The notes under the pieces: generated by a model | What the model saw: the letters and a program-made list of their open reading frames with translations, nothing else | Databases searched by the model: none | What the model was told of the DNA's origin: nothing | Part shown: positions 20,798 to 30,766 of the stretch, one piece after another | Layout: each line of letters begins with the position of its first letter | How positions within the stretch are numbered: the stretch's first letter is position 1 | Assembly (NCBI GenBank): GCA_964517905.1 | Contig: CAZFDL010000001.1 | Coordinates: 294-64,293, forward strand | Length of the DNA: 64,000 nt | Source of the DNA: an uncultured Anaerolinea sp. | GTDB lineage: Bacteria; Chloroflexota; Anaerolineae; Anaerolineales; Villigracilaceae | Reading direction: 5' to 3' | Translations under genes and position numbers: made by a program

Positions 20798-22484
20798 CAT
20801 TCTTCGCGTATTGACACCACCCGTATTTCCCGAGCAGGAAAACAAGACGCGTGCAGCGGGCTACGTCCATTGGATCTCGTTGCTTTTCATGGCGGCGATT
20901 CTCCTTTTCATTTTGGTTTCCAAGATTCTTGACGGCGTCATCGCGTTCAACCTGTTCGACGCTACACTGATTGGCATACTCCTGGGCATCTACGCGATCA
21001 CGTCGGCGTCGCGCGCGGGATATGTGAGTCAAGCCGGTGCGTTACTGGTCACGATCCTTTGGCTGGCAGTCAATGGCACAGCCCTTTTTGGAGCCGGCGT
21101 TCGGGATACATCGTTCATTGCAAATTTCGCAGTCTTGCTGGCGGCTGGGCTATTGGTTGGACGGAGAGCCGCGGTGGCGCTGTCCGCGTTCACGATTGCG
21201 GCAGGCTTCGGGTTAGCTTACGCGGAAATTCTAGAAATTTCTCCAACAGTGTATTCGCCTGATTCTCCACTGATCATCATGGCGGAGATGGCGGCCATTT
21301 TCATCATATTCGGCTTTTTTATCTTTTGGTTGATCAAAGGCTTGGAGCTCGCCATTGAAAGAGTCCGGGGTGCTGCTGACGAGTTGGAGGCCGCTAACGT
21401 TGATCTGAAGGCCGCGCGGGTACGGCTTGAACAAAACCAACACGCGCTGATCGAGGCGAACAAACAGCTGAAGCAGCGCGCCGATCGCATCGGCGCCATC
21501 GCAAATATATCCAAGACGATTACACTGGCACAGGAGTTGGGTCGCCTGCTTCCCTTCGTGGTAACGACCATCAGCGAACGATTCAACTACACCCACGTGG
21601 GCGTTTTTCTCCTCGATGAAACACGGGAGAATGCACTATTACGCGCTTCGAGCAGTGATGAGGGACTGCGTCAGATTCGCCAAAAACATCGCGTATTGGT
21701 CGGCTCGCACGATGCGATTGGAATGGTTACCCAGCGTGGTGAGGCACTAATCGCCGATCGGAAGGTTTCCGACATTCAATCGGACCGACCTGATCTAACT
21801 ATTGCACGCTCGGAACTCGTGTTGCCCCTCAAAGTTAGAGAGCTTGTCATCGGCGCATTGGATATTCATTCCGATCGACAGGATGCCTTCACACAGGACG
21901 ATGTATCGACATTGCAAATCCTTGCCGACCAAGTTGCCATCGCAATTCAGAATTCACGCTCCTCCGAACAGGCGCGGGACGCCTTGCAGCAAGCTGAGGT
22001 CGTCTCGCGTCAACTGACCAGGAGGGCATGGGCCGAGTATTCCGCAGTACAGGACCATATCGGTTATCGCTACGACGGCATAAAGCCGGAGCCACTCATG
22101 GAATCTGTGCACCTCGTCAATAACGAAAAACACCTGAATATCCCGGTTACATTGCGAGGGCAGGTCATCGGCAGATTGAAATTGAATCCTACCGAACCTT
22201 CACGGCAATGGACCGAGGATGAAATCGCGCTGGCGGAAGCAACAGCTGAACGCGTTGCAATCGCACTGGAGGGCGCACGCCTGCTTGACGATGCGCAGAA
22301 ACGCGCACAACGCGAATCGTTCCTCTCGGAAGTTTCATCGAAGCTTGGTGCATCCTTCCAATTGGATTCGATCTTACGGGACACGGTCGAAGAACTTGGA
22401 CAGACGTTCCGCAATGCAACCGTGTCCTTTCAATTGGTAAAACCAGCCTCCGCATCTGCGGAAGAACGCGCGGACGGAGACTGA
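20787..22484 (+). CDS. Sensor 5: PPVF-type multi-TM domain, coiled coil, GAF, split-GAF tail
   Basis: PPVFPEQENKTRAA; TMs; GAF; tail; 11-nt overlap. Confidence 0.88.
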   Translation: MWISILRVLTPPVFPEQENKTRAAGYVHWISLLFMAAILLFILVSKILDGVIAFNLFDATLIGILLGIYAITSASRAGYVSQAGALLVTILWLAVNGTALFGAGVRDTSFIANFAVLLAAGLLVGRRAAVALSAFTIAAGFGLAYAEILEISPTVYSPDSPLIIMAEMAAIFIIFGFFIFWLIKGLELAIERVRGAADELEAANVDLKAARVRLEQNQHALIEANKQLKQRADRIGAIANISKTITLAQELGRLLPFVVTTISERFNYTHVGVFLLDETRENALLRASSSDEGLRQIRQKHRVLVGSHDAIGMVTQRGEALIADRKVSDIQSDRPDLTIARSELVLPLKVRELVIGALDIHSDRQDAFTQDDVSTLQILADQVAIAIQNSRSSEQARDALQQAEVVSRQLTRRAWAEYSAVQDHIGYRYDGIKPEPLMESVHLVNNEKHLNIPVTLRGQVIGRLKLNPTEPSRQWTEDEIALAEATAERVAIALEGARLLDDAQKRAQRESFLSEVSSKLGASFQLDSILRDTVEELGQTFRNATVSFQLVKPASASAEERADGD

Positions 22485-22516
22485 GTTGGTGAAAACTAAT
22501 TTGTACACGCAAACGA

Positions 22517-24202
22517 ATGAATATGAAAAGCGTCTTTCGTAAAACACTTGCTTCGCCCGTGTTTGCAGACGATGATAAAAAGTCTCGCTCTGCGAGCTTT
22601 ATCAATCTGCTTGCATTGGGCGGCGTTCCAATCCTTGTGCTCTTGATCAGCGCCAGAACCCTTGCGGGGACGGGCGCGTTGTTGGGAACTACAAATCTGA
22701 TTCTGGCAGCCGTTATATTTATCCTAATCATCGCATGGTTCGTGATGCGCTTGGGATGGATAACACTCGCAGGGCATTCGCAACTGTTGTCGATCTGGCT
22801 TGCTACGACATTGCTGGCGCTCACGGGTGGCGGAATCGGCGGGAATATTTTTCTCGGTTATTTTCTCGTATTGCTCCTGGCGGGGTTGCTCTTGGGGTGG
22901 CGTCCCGCTGTCGGTTATACCCTGGCGAGCATTCTAGCGTTGTTTACTCTCGCTGGTGAAGAATCTCTGGGTACTGTAATCGAAGGGAGCATACTTTTCG
23001 CGTTAGGAGCATTTTTCCTTTACCTGATCATTAATGGCCTGGAAAATGAAATTGGAAGGGCAAAAACGGATGCAGGTATGTTATGGAAGCGAATTCAACA
23101 ACTCTTGGAATATCGTGATGCTTTGAAAAACCAGGAGGAAGAGCGGACCGCCGTGCTCGGCAAACGCGCCGCCCAGCTTGAGGCCATTGCCGAGTTTGCC
23201 CAGTCGATCGCGCAATTGGAAAACCCAGATAAAATCTTCGCAGCCACAACAAATCTGATCAGCGAACGCTTTGGCTATTATCACGTGGGAATCTTCTTGA
23301 TCGACCGCCACCGTGAATTCGCGGTCCTCCAGGCCGCGAACAGCGCTGGAGGCAAAAAGATGGTTGAACGCGGGCACCGACTCAGGCTCGGAACCGGCAT
23401 AGTTGGCTTTGCCGCGCAGACCAGCAAACCCCGCCTCGCGCTGAATGTCGGGGAGGATGCAGTTTTCTTCAACAATCCCGACCTCCCCCACACCCGTTCC
23501 GAGGTCGCTGTCCCCTTGAAGTACGGAGACAGCCTGATCGGAGTCTTGGATGTGCAAAGCACAGAAGTAAGTGCATTCTCGGAAGATGACTTTCAAGTCC
23601 TTGGGACGCTTGCCAACCAATTGGCGATCGCGATCGAGAACGCACGGCTTCTCGCCGAGGCGCGTACCGCCGCCAGTCAGGTGCAAGAGGTCTACAACGA
23701 GTTCGTTCGCACCCAGTGGACTCGTACGGGCGAACGTTTGGATTATGCGGGTTATCGTTATAACGCCGGGAGGATCGAGATCCTTGAATCTCCAAACAAT
23801 GCAGACGCCGCTCCGAATTCGGGCACAAGCAGCCAGACCGGCGATTCAACCCGTCCGCCGGAGCCGAGGCGTGGAAGAATCGCTGTCCCGGTGAGGTTGC
23901 GCGGTGAAGTGATCGGAATGTTGAATGTTGAATCGAACGATCCGACAAAATCATGGAGAACGGATGAGATCAGCCTCATGGAAGCGGTGGCAGAACGGGC
24001 AGCGCTGGCTATGGAGAATGCACGTCTGTTTCAAGATGCCCGCCGGCGCGCAGCGAAGGAACGCATGATCGCGGAGGCAACATCACACATCAGCAGTTCG
24101 ATGAACATCGAGAACATTCTTGAGGCAACTGCCACGGAACTCGAGCGTGTGCTCGGCGGTTCCGAGGTATTGATCCGATTCGCCAGCAAGGATTCGCCAT
24201 GA
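22517..24202 (+). CDS. Sensor 6: PPVF-type multi-TM domain, coiled coil, GAF, split-GAF tail
   Basis: SPVFADDDKKSRSA; TMs; GAF; tail. Confidence 0.88.
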   Translation: MNMKSVFRKTLASPVFADDDKKSRSASFINLLALGGVPILVLLISARTLAGTGALLGTTNLILAAVIFILIIAWFVMRLGWITLAGHSQLLSIWLATTLLALTGGGIGGNIFLGYFLVLLLAGLLLGWRPAVGYTLASILALFTLAGEESLGTVIEGSILFALGAFFLYLIINGLENEIGRAKTDAGMLWKRIQQLLEYRDALKNQEEERTAVLGKRAAQLEAIAEFAQSIAQLENPDKIFAATTNLISERFGYYHVGIFLIDRHREFAVLQAANSAGGKKMVERGHRLRLGTGIVGFAAQTSKPRLALNVGEDAVFFNNPDLPHTRSEVAVPLKYGDSLIGVLDVQSTEVSAFSEDDFQVLGTLANQLAIAIENARLLAEARTAASQVQEVYNEFVRTQWTRTGERLDYAGYRYNAGRIEILESPNNADAAPNSGTSSQTGDSTRPPEPRRGRIAVPVRLRGEVIGMLNVESNDPTKSWRTDEISLMEAVAERAALAMENARLFQDARRRAAKERMIAEATSHISSSMNIENILEATATELERVLGGSEVLIRFASKDSP

Positions 24203-26733
24203 GCGCCGACCAGATCATTCTCATTCTCTCGGCACTCATCGGCTTGGGAATCCTGCTGGTAATAGCGGAGCCCATCAGACCCCTTCGAAATATCTCCTTG
24301 CGCGCGCGCGTGGCTCTCGGCATTTTAGCCTCCGGTGGAGTCGCCATTGGAATCGTATCAATTTTCGCTGCAAGTAGTGCGGTTCAAATCACCGACTCGC
24401 TATCCCAACGACTCGAAACCAGCGTTCAACTCCTTGCGGAGGAACAGCTGATCAATTCCGTGAGCACCGAGGCTGGCAATGCAAACCAGTCCTTCGAGAA
24501 GATTGAAAGTGATATTGTGGAATTGGCTACCCATTGGAGCGGGCTTTATGCGGAACAGAATGCACTCGGTGAAGGCGGATATTGGGACGCCTCCACGGAA
24601 ATGGTGCAACTGGAGGGCGGACATTATGGGAATTCAGCGGACGATCCATCATCTGTTTATGTGCCTGCCAAGATCCGGTTAAGCGAGTCCGTGCTGAAAG
24701 ACCTCAACACATCGGCTTATCTGGATTTCGCCGCACCCTCCACCCTCGCATCCAATCCCAGTGTACTTGCCGTGTATGGAATCGATACTCGCGGCGTCAC
24801 CCGTTATTTTCCCAACATTAACCTGGCGTCTTTGCTACCGCCGGATTTCGATCCGACGCAGCGCGCCTATTACCGAATCACCTCTCCACTCTTCAATCCG
24901 TCCAGGACGGCGCGCTGGGCGATTCCGTATTTGGACGCGGCCGGAGGCGGGCTGGTTGTGACCGTTGCTGCCCCGGTGTATGTCGGCGACACCTTCAAAG
25001 GTATCGTTGCGGCTGACATGCAACTCTCCACGATCACAAACCAGATCGAACACATCAAGATCGGCCAGACCGGTTACGCGTTCATGATCGACGACGCAGG
25101 ACGCATCATCTCCATGCCGTCTGCCGGGTACCAGCTATTCGGCCTCAATCCGGACGATGTCAATTCTGAGGAGTACTTCAAGATCACGTTACTCGGCGCG
25201 GGTCCGCCGGAACTTGTCGAGATCTCCAACCGCATGGTTGCCGGCGGAACCGGTTTGATCATACTTCCCGTGGAGGGTATCGATACGTATCTCGCATTTG
25301 CACCGATACGGTCGAACGGATACAGCGTAGGCATCGTCGTACCCGTGGCTGAACTTCAAACCGCGACCATCACTGCGCGCAACGAAACCCGGACCCAACT
25401 CGAGGCTGCTGCACGAGTCGCCGCCCTCATTCTGGTTGGTTTGTTGCTCGTGGCGGTGTTGGTCAGCCTGCGCCTCAGTCAACGCATCACAGCTCCGATC
25501 CTTAGGTTGACCGAGACGGCGAATAGCATCGTGGCCGGCGACCTCACCGCGACAGCCGCGGCAGAGTCGCGCGACGAGATCGGAACGCTTGCGAAGGCGT
25601 TCAATACCATGACGCGCCGATTACGGGAAACACTCGCAGGACTCGAACAGCGCGTATCAGAACGCACGTCTGAATTGTCCGAAGCCGGCAAGCAGATCGA
25701 ACAACGCGCGGCACAGCTCGAAACGATCGCTCGTGTGGCGCACACAGTAGGCTCGACGCGCGACCTCGATGCACTGCTTCCAGAGATCGCTGCTGCCATC
25801 AGCAGACAGTTCGGCTTTTACCATGTGGGCATTTTCCTCCTTGACCAGCGCCGGGAATATGCTGTATTGAGCGCAGCGAACAGCAAGGGCGGGCAGAAGA
25901 TGTTGGAAAACAACCACAAACTCAAAGTGGGAGAGACCGGCATCGTCGGATTCGTCACAGGCACAGGCAAAGCTCGCGTGGCCCTCGACACGGGTGCGGA
26001 TGCGATCTTCTTCAACAACCCGTTCCTGCCCGAGACGCGTTCAGAGATCGCCCTCCCGCTTCTGGCGGGCTCAGAGGTGATCGGCGCGCTGGATGTGCAA
26101 AGTACCGAGTCGAATGCCTTCGGAGAGCAAGACACGAATCTCCTCTCGATCCTTGCCGACCAGGTTAGCGTCGCGATTCAGAATTCGATGCAACATGAGC
26201 AAACTCAGCGAGCTCTTGCAGAAGCGGAATCGCTTTCACGTCAACTCATTCGTTCCGGCTGGCAGGCTTTTTCGAAGGGCCGGAAGTTGATCGGCATCCG
26301 CCACTCGGGAGCACGGGCGACCTTTCTCTATGCTAAAAGGAATGGCAGGCAAGCCGATGATTCCAAGATCGTTGACAGTGAGTCTTTTTCGAAACCCCGA
26401 GGCGCGCTACTTTCGATTCCCATCAAACTGCGCGGCGAGGTGATCGGTACCGTCGACGTTCGCTCCCCCGGCAACCGCCGCTGGGACCAGGATGAAATGG
26501 ATATCGTCTCGGCCATAATCGAACGAGCCGCACTCGCGCTTGAGAATGCGCGCTTCCTCGAGGAAAGCCAGAAGCGGGTTGCCAAGGAGCAGACCATAGG
26601 CGATATTTCTGCAAAGATTAGCGCCCACGGAACTGTGGAAAACCTGATCAGAACCGCCGCAATGGAACTTAGCCGATCGCTCCCGGGCGCTGAGGTTGCC
26701 ATTCAATTCAATCAGAAGCCGGAGGTTGAATGA
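24199..26733 (+). CDS. Sensor 7: dCache_1-like domain, HAMP, GAF, split-GAF tail
   Basis: FDPTQRAYY..PYLD..VVTVAAPVY..GIVAAD..GQTGYAFMID; HAMP; GAF; ATGA overlap. Confidence 0.9.
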   Translation: MSADQIILILSALIGLGILLVIAEPIRPLRNISLRARVALGILASGGVAIGIVSIFAASSAVQITDSLSQRLETSVQLLAEEQLINSVSTEAGNANQSFEKIESDIVELATHWSGLYAEQNALGEGGYWDASTEMVQLEGGHYGNSADDPSSVYVPAKIRLSESVLKDLNTSAYLDFAAPSTLASNPSVLAVYGIDTRGVTRYFPNINLASLLPPDFDPTQRAYYRITSPLFNPSRTARWAIPYLDAAGGGLVVTVAAPVYVGDTFKGIVAADMQLSTITNQIEHIKIGQTGYAFMIDDAGRIISMPSAGYQLFGLNPDDVNSEEYFKITLLGAGPPELVEISNRMVAGGTGLIILPVEGIDTYLAFAPIRSNGYSVGIVVPVAELQTATITARNETRTQLEAAARVAALILVGLLLVAVLVSLRLSQRITAPILRLTETANSIVAGDLTATAAAESRDEIGTLAKAFNTMTRRLRETLAGLEQRVSERTSELSEAGKQIEQRAAQLETIARVAHTVGSTRDLDALLPEIAAAISRQFGFYHVGIFLLDQRREYAVLSAANSKGGQKMLENNHKLKVGETGIVGFVTGTGKARVALDTGADAIFFNNPFLPETRSEIALPLLAGSEVIGALDVQSTESNAFGEQDTNLLSILADQVSVAIQNSMQHEQTQRALAEAESLSRQLIRSGWQAFSKGRKLIGIRHSGARATFLYAKRNGRQADDSKIVDSESFSKPRGALLSIPIKLRGEVIGTVDVRSPGNRRWDQDEMDIVSAIIERAALALENARFLEESQKRVAKEQTIGDISAKISAHGTVENLIRTAAMELSRSLPGAEVAIQFNQKPEVE

Positions 26734-28454
26734 TCAGAAAATTCTTCAGCCCGCCGGTACTCAGAAGCAGTGAAGATAACTTCCGCGCGCGGTTTATCAA
26801 CGGGTTTGCATGGGCTGCCGTTGGCTTGTTGACCATTGCGCTCATCACGTATCTCTTCGCACCGTCCGGCGACCTTACCATCGCAATATTGTCTGGTTTG
26901 ATTGTCGTGCTTCTCACCGCGCTCTTCACCTTGAGGCGCGGCAATGTATCCGCGAGCGCCTGGATGATCGTCGGGCTGGGCTGGTTAGGGATCGGTATTC
27001 AAGCACTCACGGCGGATGGCGTAAAGGATGTTATTGTCGTAGCCTATATCGCCATTGGACTTCTGGCAAGCATCGTAATCAGTCATCGCGCCGGCAGTTT
27101 GGTGATTCTCGCCGGCATTGCCGCCGTCGCCGTGCTCTCACTTCGCGAAGCATATGGACTGTTCGTACCGCGTGAACAAGACCCAATTGCGTACGGACGC
27201 GACCTGGGATTCATCTTCTTTGCGATTTTGATTCTGATTTATTTCAACACCACCAGCCTGCGCGATGCAATCACCCGCGCCAACAAAAGCGAGGAGAGTT
27301 TGCGCGCCTCCAACGCATCACTGCGGGAATTGAACCAGACGCTCGAGGAGCGTGTTGTCACCCGCACGACGGAATTGGAGCAGGCCAATAGGCGGTACGA
27401 ACGCCGCGCACGACGGTTCGAGGCGATCGCGCAAGTGGCGCGCGCAGCCGCGGCGAACCAAACCCTCGAAGACCTCCTGGCTTTGCTCGTGCAAGTGATC
27501 GGCGAGAAGTTCGAGTATTATCACGCCGGAATTTTTCTGCTGGATGACAACCGCGAGCACGCAGAACTTCGAGCCGCGAACAGCGAAGGCGGGCGACGCA
27601 TGTTGAGCCGAAATTATCGAATTCATATCGGGCAAACCGGTATCCTCGGCGTGGTTGCCGCCACAGGTGAACCCCGCATCGCTCTGGACACAGGAGCTGA
27701 CGCGGCTTTCCTCAACGACCCCGACCTCCCCGACACACACTCACAGATGGCGCTGCCGCTCAAAGCCGCGGGAGTGGTGATCGGCGTGCTGGATATCCAG
27801 AGCACGGAACCGAACGCATTCTCGGAGGACGATATCGAAGTGCTTTCCACACTATCCGATCAGGTCGCCACCGCAATTCAGAACGCCCGTTATTACGAAT
27901 CGACTCAGGAATTGGTGGAGGAAGCGCAACGCGTGACCGGAGCATATCTGCAAGATTCGTGGCACACTCTCCAGGCACAGGAACGCTTGATTGGATTCGT
28001 TGCCGATGGCACGTCCGTCAAGCCGTCCGATCAACCCGTTGATAGCGCGCTGTTGTCAAAAGTCTCATTGCGCGACCAGCCCTTCGTCGAAAATGGCGAG
28101 AAGCCCCGCATCGCCGTACCGCTGCGCCTGGCTGGGAACGTGGTTGGGATCCTTAACATTAATCTTGATGAAGATCATGAGTGGGAGAACGACGAGATCG
28201 ATATCGCAAAAGCGGTCGCCGACCGTCTGTCGCTCGCGCTTGAAGCCGCGACACTGCTTGAGACGACACAAAAACGCGCCGAGATCGAGCGGCTTACAGC
28301 GGACATCACCGGCAAGATCGGCTCCACTACCCAGTTCGATTCCATCCTGCGGACGGCGGCGGAGGAATTGAGCCACGCATTCGGCGGATCTGAGGTATTG
28401 GTCCAGATCCAGCCGTCCTCAAATTCACACCGATCCGAGCATACGACTTCATGA
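26730..28454 (+). CDS. Sensor 8: PPVF-type multi-TM domain, coiled coil, GAF, split-GAF tail
   Basis: SPPVLRSSEDNFRA; TMs; GAF; tail; ATGA overlap. Confidence 0.88.
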   Translation: MIRKFFSPPVLRSSEDNFRARFINGFAWAAVGLLTIALITYLFAPSGDLTIAILSGLIVVLLTALFTLRRGNVSASAWMIVGLGWLGIGIQALTADGVKDVIVVAYIAIGLLASIVISHRAGSLVILAGIAAVAVLSLREAYGLFVPREQDPIAYGRDLGFIFFAILILIYFNTTSLRDAITRANKSEESLRASNASLRELNQTLEERVVTRTTELEQANRRYERRARRFEAIAQVARAAAANQTLEDLLALLVQVIGEKFEYYHAGIFLLDDNREHAELRAANSEGGRRMLSRNYRIHIGQTGILGVVAATGEPRIALDTGADAAFLNDPDLPDTHSQMALPLKAAGVVIGVLDIQSTEPNAFSEDDIEVLSTLSDQVATAIQNARYYESTQELVEEAQRVTGAYLQDSWHTLQAQERLIGFVADGTSVKPSDQPVDSALLSKVSLRDQPFVENGEKPRIAVPLRLAGNVVGILNINLDEDHEWENDEIDIAKAVADRLSLALEAATLLETTQKRAEIERLTADITGKIGSTTQFDSILRTAAEELSHAFGGSEVLVQIQPSSNSHRSEHTTS

Positions 28455-30766
28455 ATCGAATTCTTCAATCACTGGATAATTGGTTTAAGGGTCTCACCTA
28501 CCCTAGAAAATTTACCGTGATCACGGTCATCTTCCTATTACCCGTGATCGCGTTCCTGCCGCTGATCGGCAATGAAGTCGACCGAATTGATCGATACGGC
28601 ACCGGCGAACTCTTCGGCACCCTTTATACGCGTCCGCTTTGGAAAACCGCGAACGATCTGTACCTGCATCAGGTTCTATCCGCCAAGGTTGTCAATGGCG
28701 AGATGGAATCGGGGGCGCTCAAGACATTGCAGGCGACAATCGACACAGGCTTCGATGAGATCGAGTCTCGTCAACGACAAGAAGTCCTCTCCACGCCCTA
28801 TCAAAGCGAAGTAGCCGCCTTCCGGACACGCTGGATCAGTATCCGAGATTCGCTCCCGAATGCCGACGCGGCGGAGGTACAGGCGCAGCATCAGGAGTTA
28901 ATCCGCGACTTCAACTCCTTGATCATCCGTGTGGGCGAGGATTCGAATCTTGTTCTTGACCCCGACCTGGACACGTATTACTTGATGGATATCGTGCTTT
29001 TCGAAATACCGGAAAACCAGACGTTGATTTTCGAAATTTACAAATTGGCGAGCCCGGCGCAAGCCGACCAACCTCTTTCTGCGCGCGAACAGGAACAGAT
29101 AGCCAACCAGATGGAAGCCATCCAATCGAACATGGCGCAGATCGACCGCAAGATCGGTGTTGTACTCGCTAACAACATCAACGGAGACTTGGAGCCCATT
29201 ATTCTCCCCGCGTGGGACGATTACAAGGCACAAGTTCAGGCTTATGCGGACTTCGTTCAAGATCACATACTCGCCGGATCGCCAGACGGCTCCGTTTCTA
29301 TGAATCTTCAAGCTTTCGAGGTTATGCATAAGGCTAATCAGGATTTCTATACAGCTGCCTCGACCACACTTCAGACCGGCGTGTCAGCGCGCGTGAACTC
29401 ATCCATCCTTCGTTTTTACCCCATCGCTCTCGTTGTTTTAGCGAGCATTGCTGGCGCATTCCTGTTGGGGCAAAGTATCATGAGCTCAATTAGTCAACCT
29501 CTGGCACAGTTGATCGAAGCTTCTCAGCAACTCGCGGCAGGTGATCTATCCACCCGCATCTCAGTGCAAGGCTCTGGCGAGCTCGAAAAGGTGTCGAGGG
29601 CTTTTAACAAGATGGCAGCTGATCTGGAAACTGAGAAAACATCCCTTACCCACCATGCAGAAGAATTGGAGACCGCCAATCAGATCAACGCGAACCGCGC
29701 TCGAGAGTTTCAGTTTATCAGCGAGATATCTCAGATTATTGCGCAGGAACAAAAACTCGATATCCTCCTGCCTTTGATCACCCAGCTTGTAAGCGAAAAA
29801 TTCAATTTCTATCATGTTGGCATATTCCTCCTGCACGAGAGTCACAAATACGCCGTGTTGCAAGCCGCCAACAGCGAGGGCGGGCAACGTATGTTAAAGC
29901 GAGGTCATCGCCTTGAACTTGGGACCGGGATCGTAGGCAATGTTGCCCGCTCAGGTTCCTACCGCGTCGCCTCCGATGTTGGATCTGATGCCACATTCTT
30001 CGACAACCCTGACCTGCCTGCAACCCGTTCCGAAATGGCGATTCCTTTGCAGACGCGTGGTGTGACGATCGGCGTGCTGGATGTACAAAGCACTCGGCCG
30101 GGAGAATTCAACGAAAACATCGTCAATACTTTGAGCATTCTTGGCGATCAGATCGCCATTGCCATCGAGAACGCCCGGCTTTTTGCCAGGACGCAACAGG
30201 CGTTGAACGAATTGCAGGCCGTCTACAACCAATATCTACAGAAAGAATGGCAGGCATTCCGCAACCGGTCTGCCCATATCGGTTACCATCATTTGGGCAC
30301 GAGCGGCATGCTGCTCCAGTCTCCGATCGAATCGGATGAGTTTCAGAAAGTCCTTCAGCGTGGCGAAAGAACTGTCGGCAATAAAAATGGCTCGGAGTCC
30401 GAGCCCAGCATGACAGTTCCAATCAAATTGCGGGGCGAGACCATCGGTGTTTTAAACATCAAATCTCCGGAAAAGAGCCGCGAGTGGAGCCGGGATGAGA
30501 TCAACATGATCGAATCCGTTGCGCAACGCCTTGCGCTAGCACTGGAGAATGCCCGGCTGTTCGAAGAAACGAACCGGCGCGCAGAGCGCGAACGGCTGGT
30601 TTCAGAGATCACTGGAAAGATTCGCAGCGTGAACGACCCGCAAGAGATGATCGATACTGCCCTTGTGGAATTGCGAAACGTGTTGGGCGCGAGTCGCGTC
30701 CAGGTGATTCCGCGGCTGCCACACGGAAACACTACTCAAAACAAAACGAACAGCGAGGAAGCATGA
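28451..30766 (+). CDS. Sensor 9: helical extracytoplasmic domain (LDPDLDTYYL motif), HAMP, GAF, split-GAF tail
   Basis: Two TMs flanking a helical region of about 280 aa; HAMP; GAF; tail; ATGA overlap. Confidence 0.88.
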   Translation: MNRILQSLDNWFKGLTYPRKFTVITVIFLLPVIAFLPLIGNEVDRIDRYGTGELFGTLYTRPLWKTANDLYLHQVLSAKVVNGEMESGALKTLQATIDTGFDEIESRQRQEVLSTPYQSEVAAFRTRWISIRDSLPNADAAEVQAQHQELIRDFNSLIIRVGEDSNLVLDPDLDTYYLMDIVLFEIPENQTLIFEIYKLASPAQADQPLSAREQEQIANQMEAIQSNMAQIDRKIGVVLANNINGDLEPIILPAWDDYKAQVQAYADFVQDHILAGSPDGSVSMNLQAFEVMHKANQDFYTAASTTLQTGVSARVNSSILRFYPIALVVLASIAGAFLLGQSIMSSISQPLAQLIEASQQLAAGDLSTRISVQGSGELEKVSRAFNKMAADLETEKTSLTHHAEELETANQINANRAREFQFISEISQIIAQEQKLDILLPLITQLVSEKFNFYHVGIFLLHESHKYAVLQAANSEGGQRMLKRGHRLELGTGIVGNVARSGSYRVASDVGSDATFFDNPDLPATRSEMAIPLQTRGVTIGVLDVQSTRPGEFNENIVNTLSILGDQIAIAIENARLFARTQQALNELQAVYNQYLQKEWQAFRNRSAHIGYHHLGTSGMLLQSPIESDEFQKVLQRGERTVGNKNGSESEPSMTVPIKLRGETIGVLNIKSPEKSREWSRDEINMIESVAQRLALALENARLFEETNRRAERERLVSEITGKIRSVNDPQEMIDTALVELRNVLGASRVQVIPRLPHGNTTQNKTNSEEA

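Noticed and set aside
16140..30030. Recurring AACAATCCCGACCTCCCC-like DNA as a CRISPR or DGR repeat
   Set aside because: It is in-frame coding for the NPDLP GAF motif, spaced kilobases apart; no cas or reverse transcriptase gene
13046..30766. Sensors as pseudogenes or truncated histidine kinases
   Set aside because: All nine are intact ORFs ending at an equivalent position with a conserved tail, most coupled to the next gene
13046..30766. Sensors as MCPs
   Set aside because: No conserved MCP hairpin (QTNLLALNA..EAARAGE.GRGFAVVA) and no cheA/W/R/B in the window
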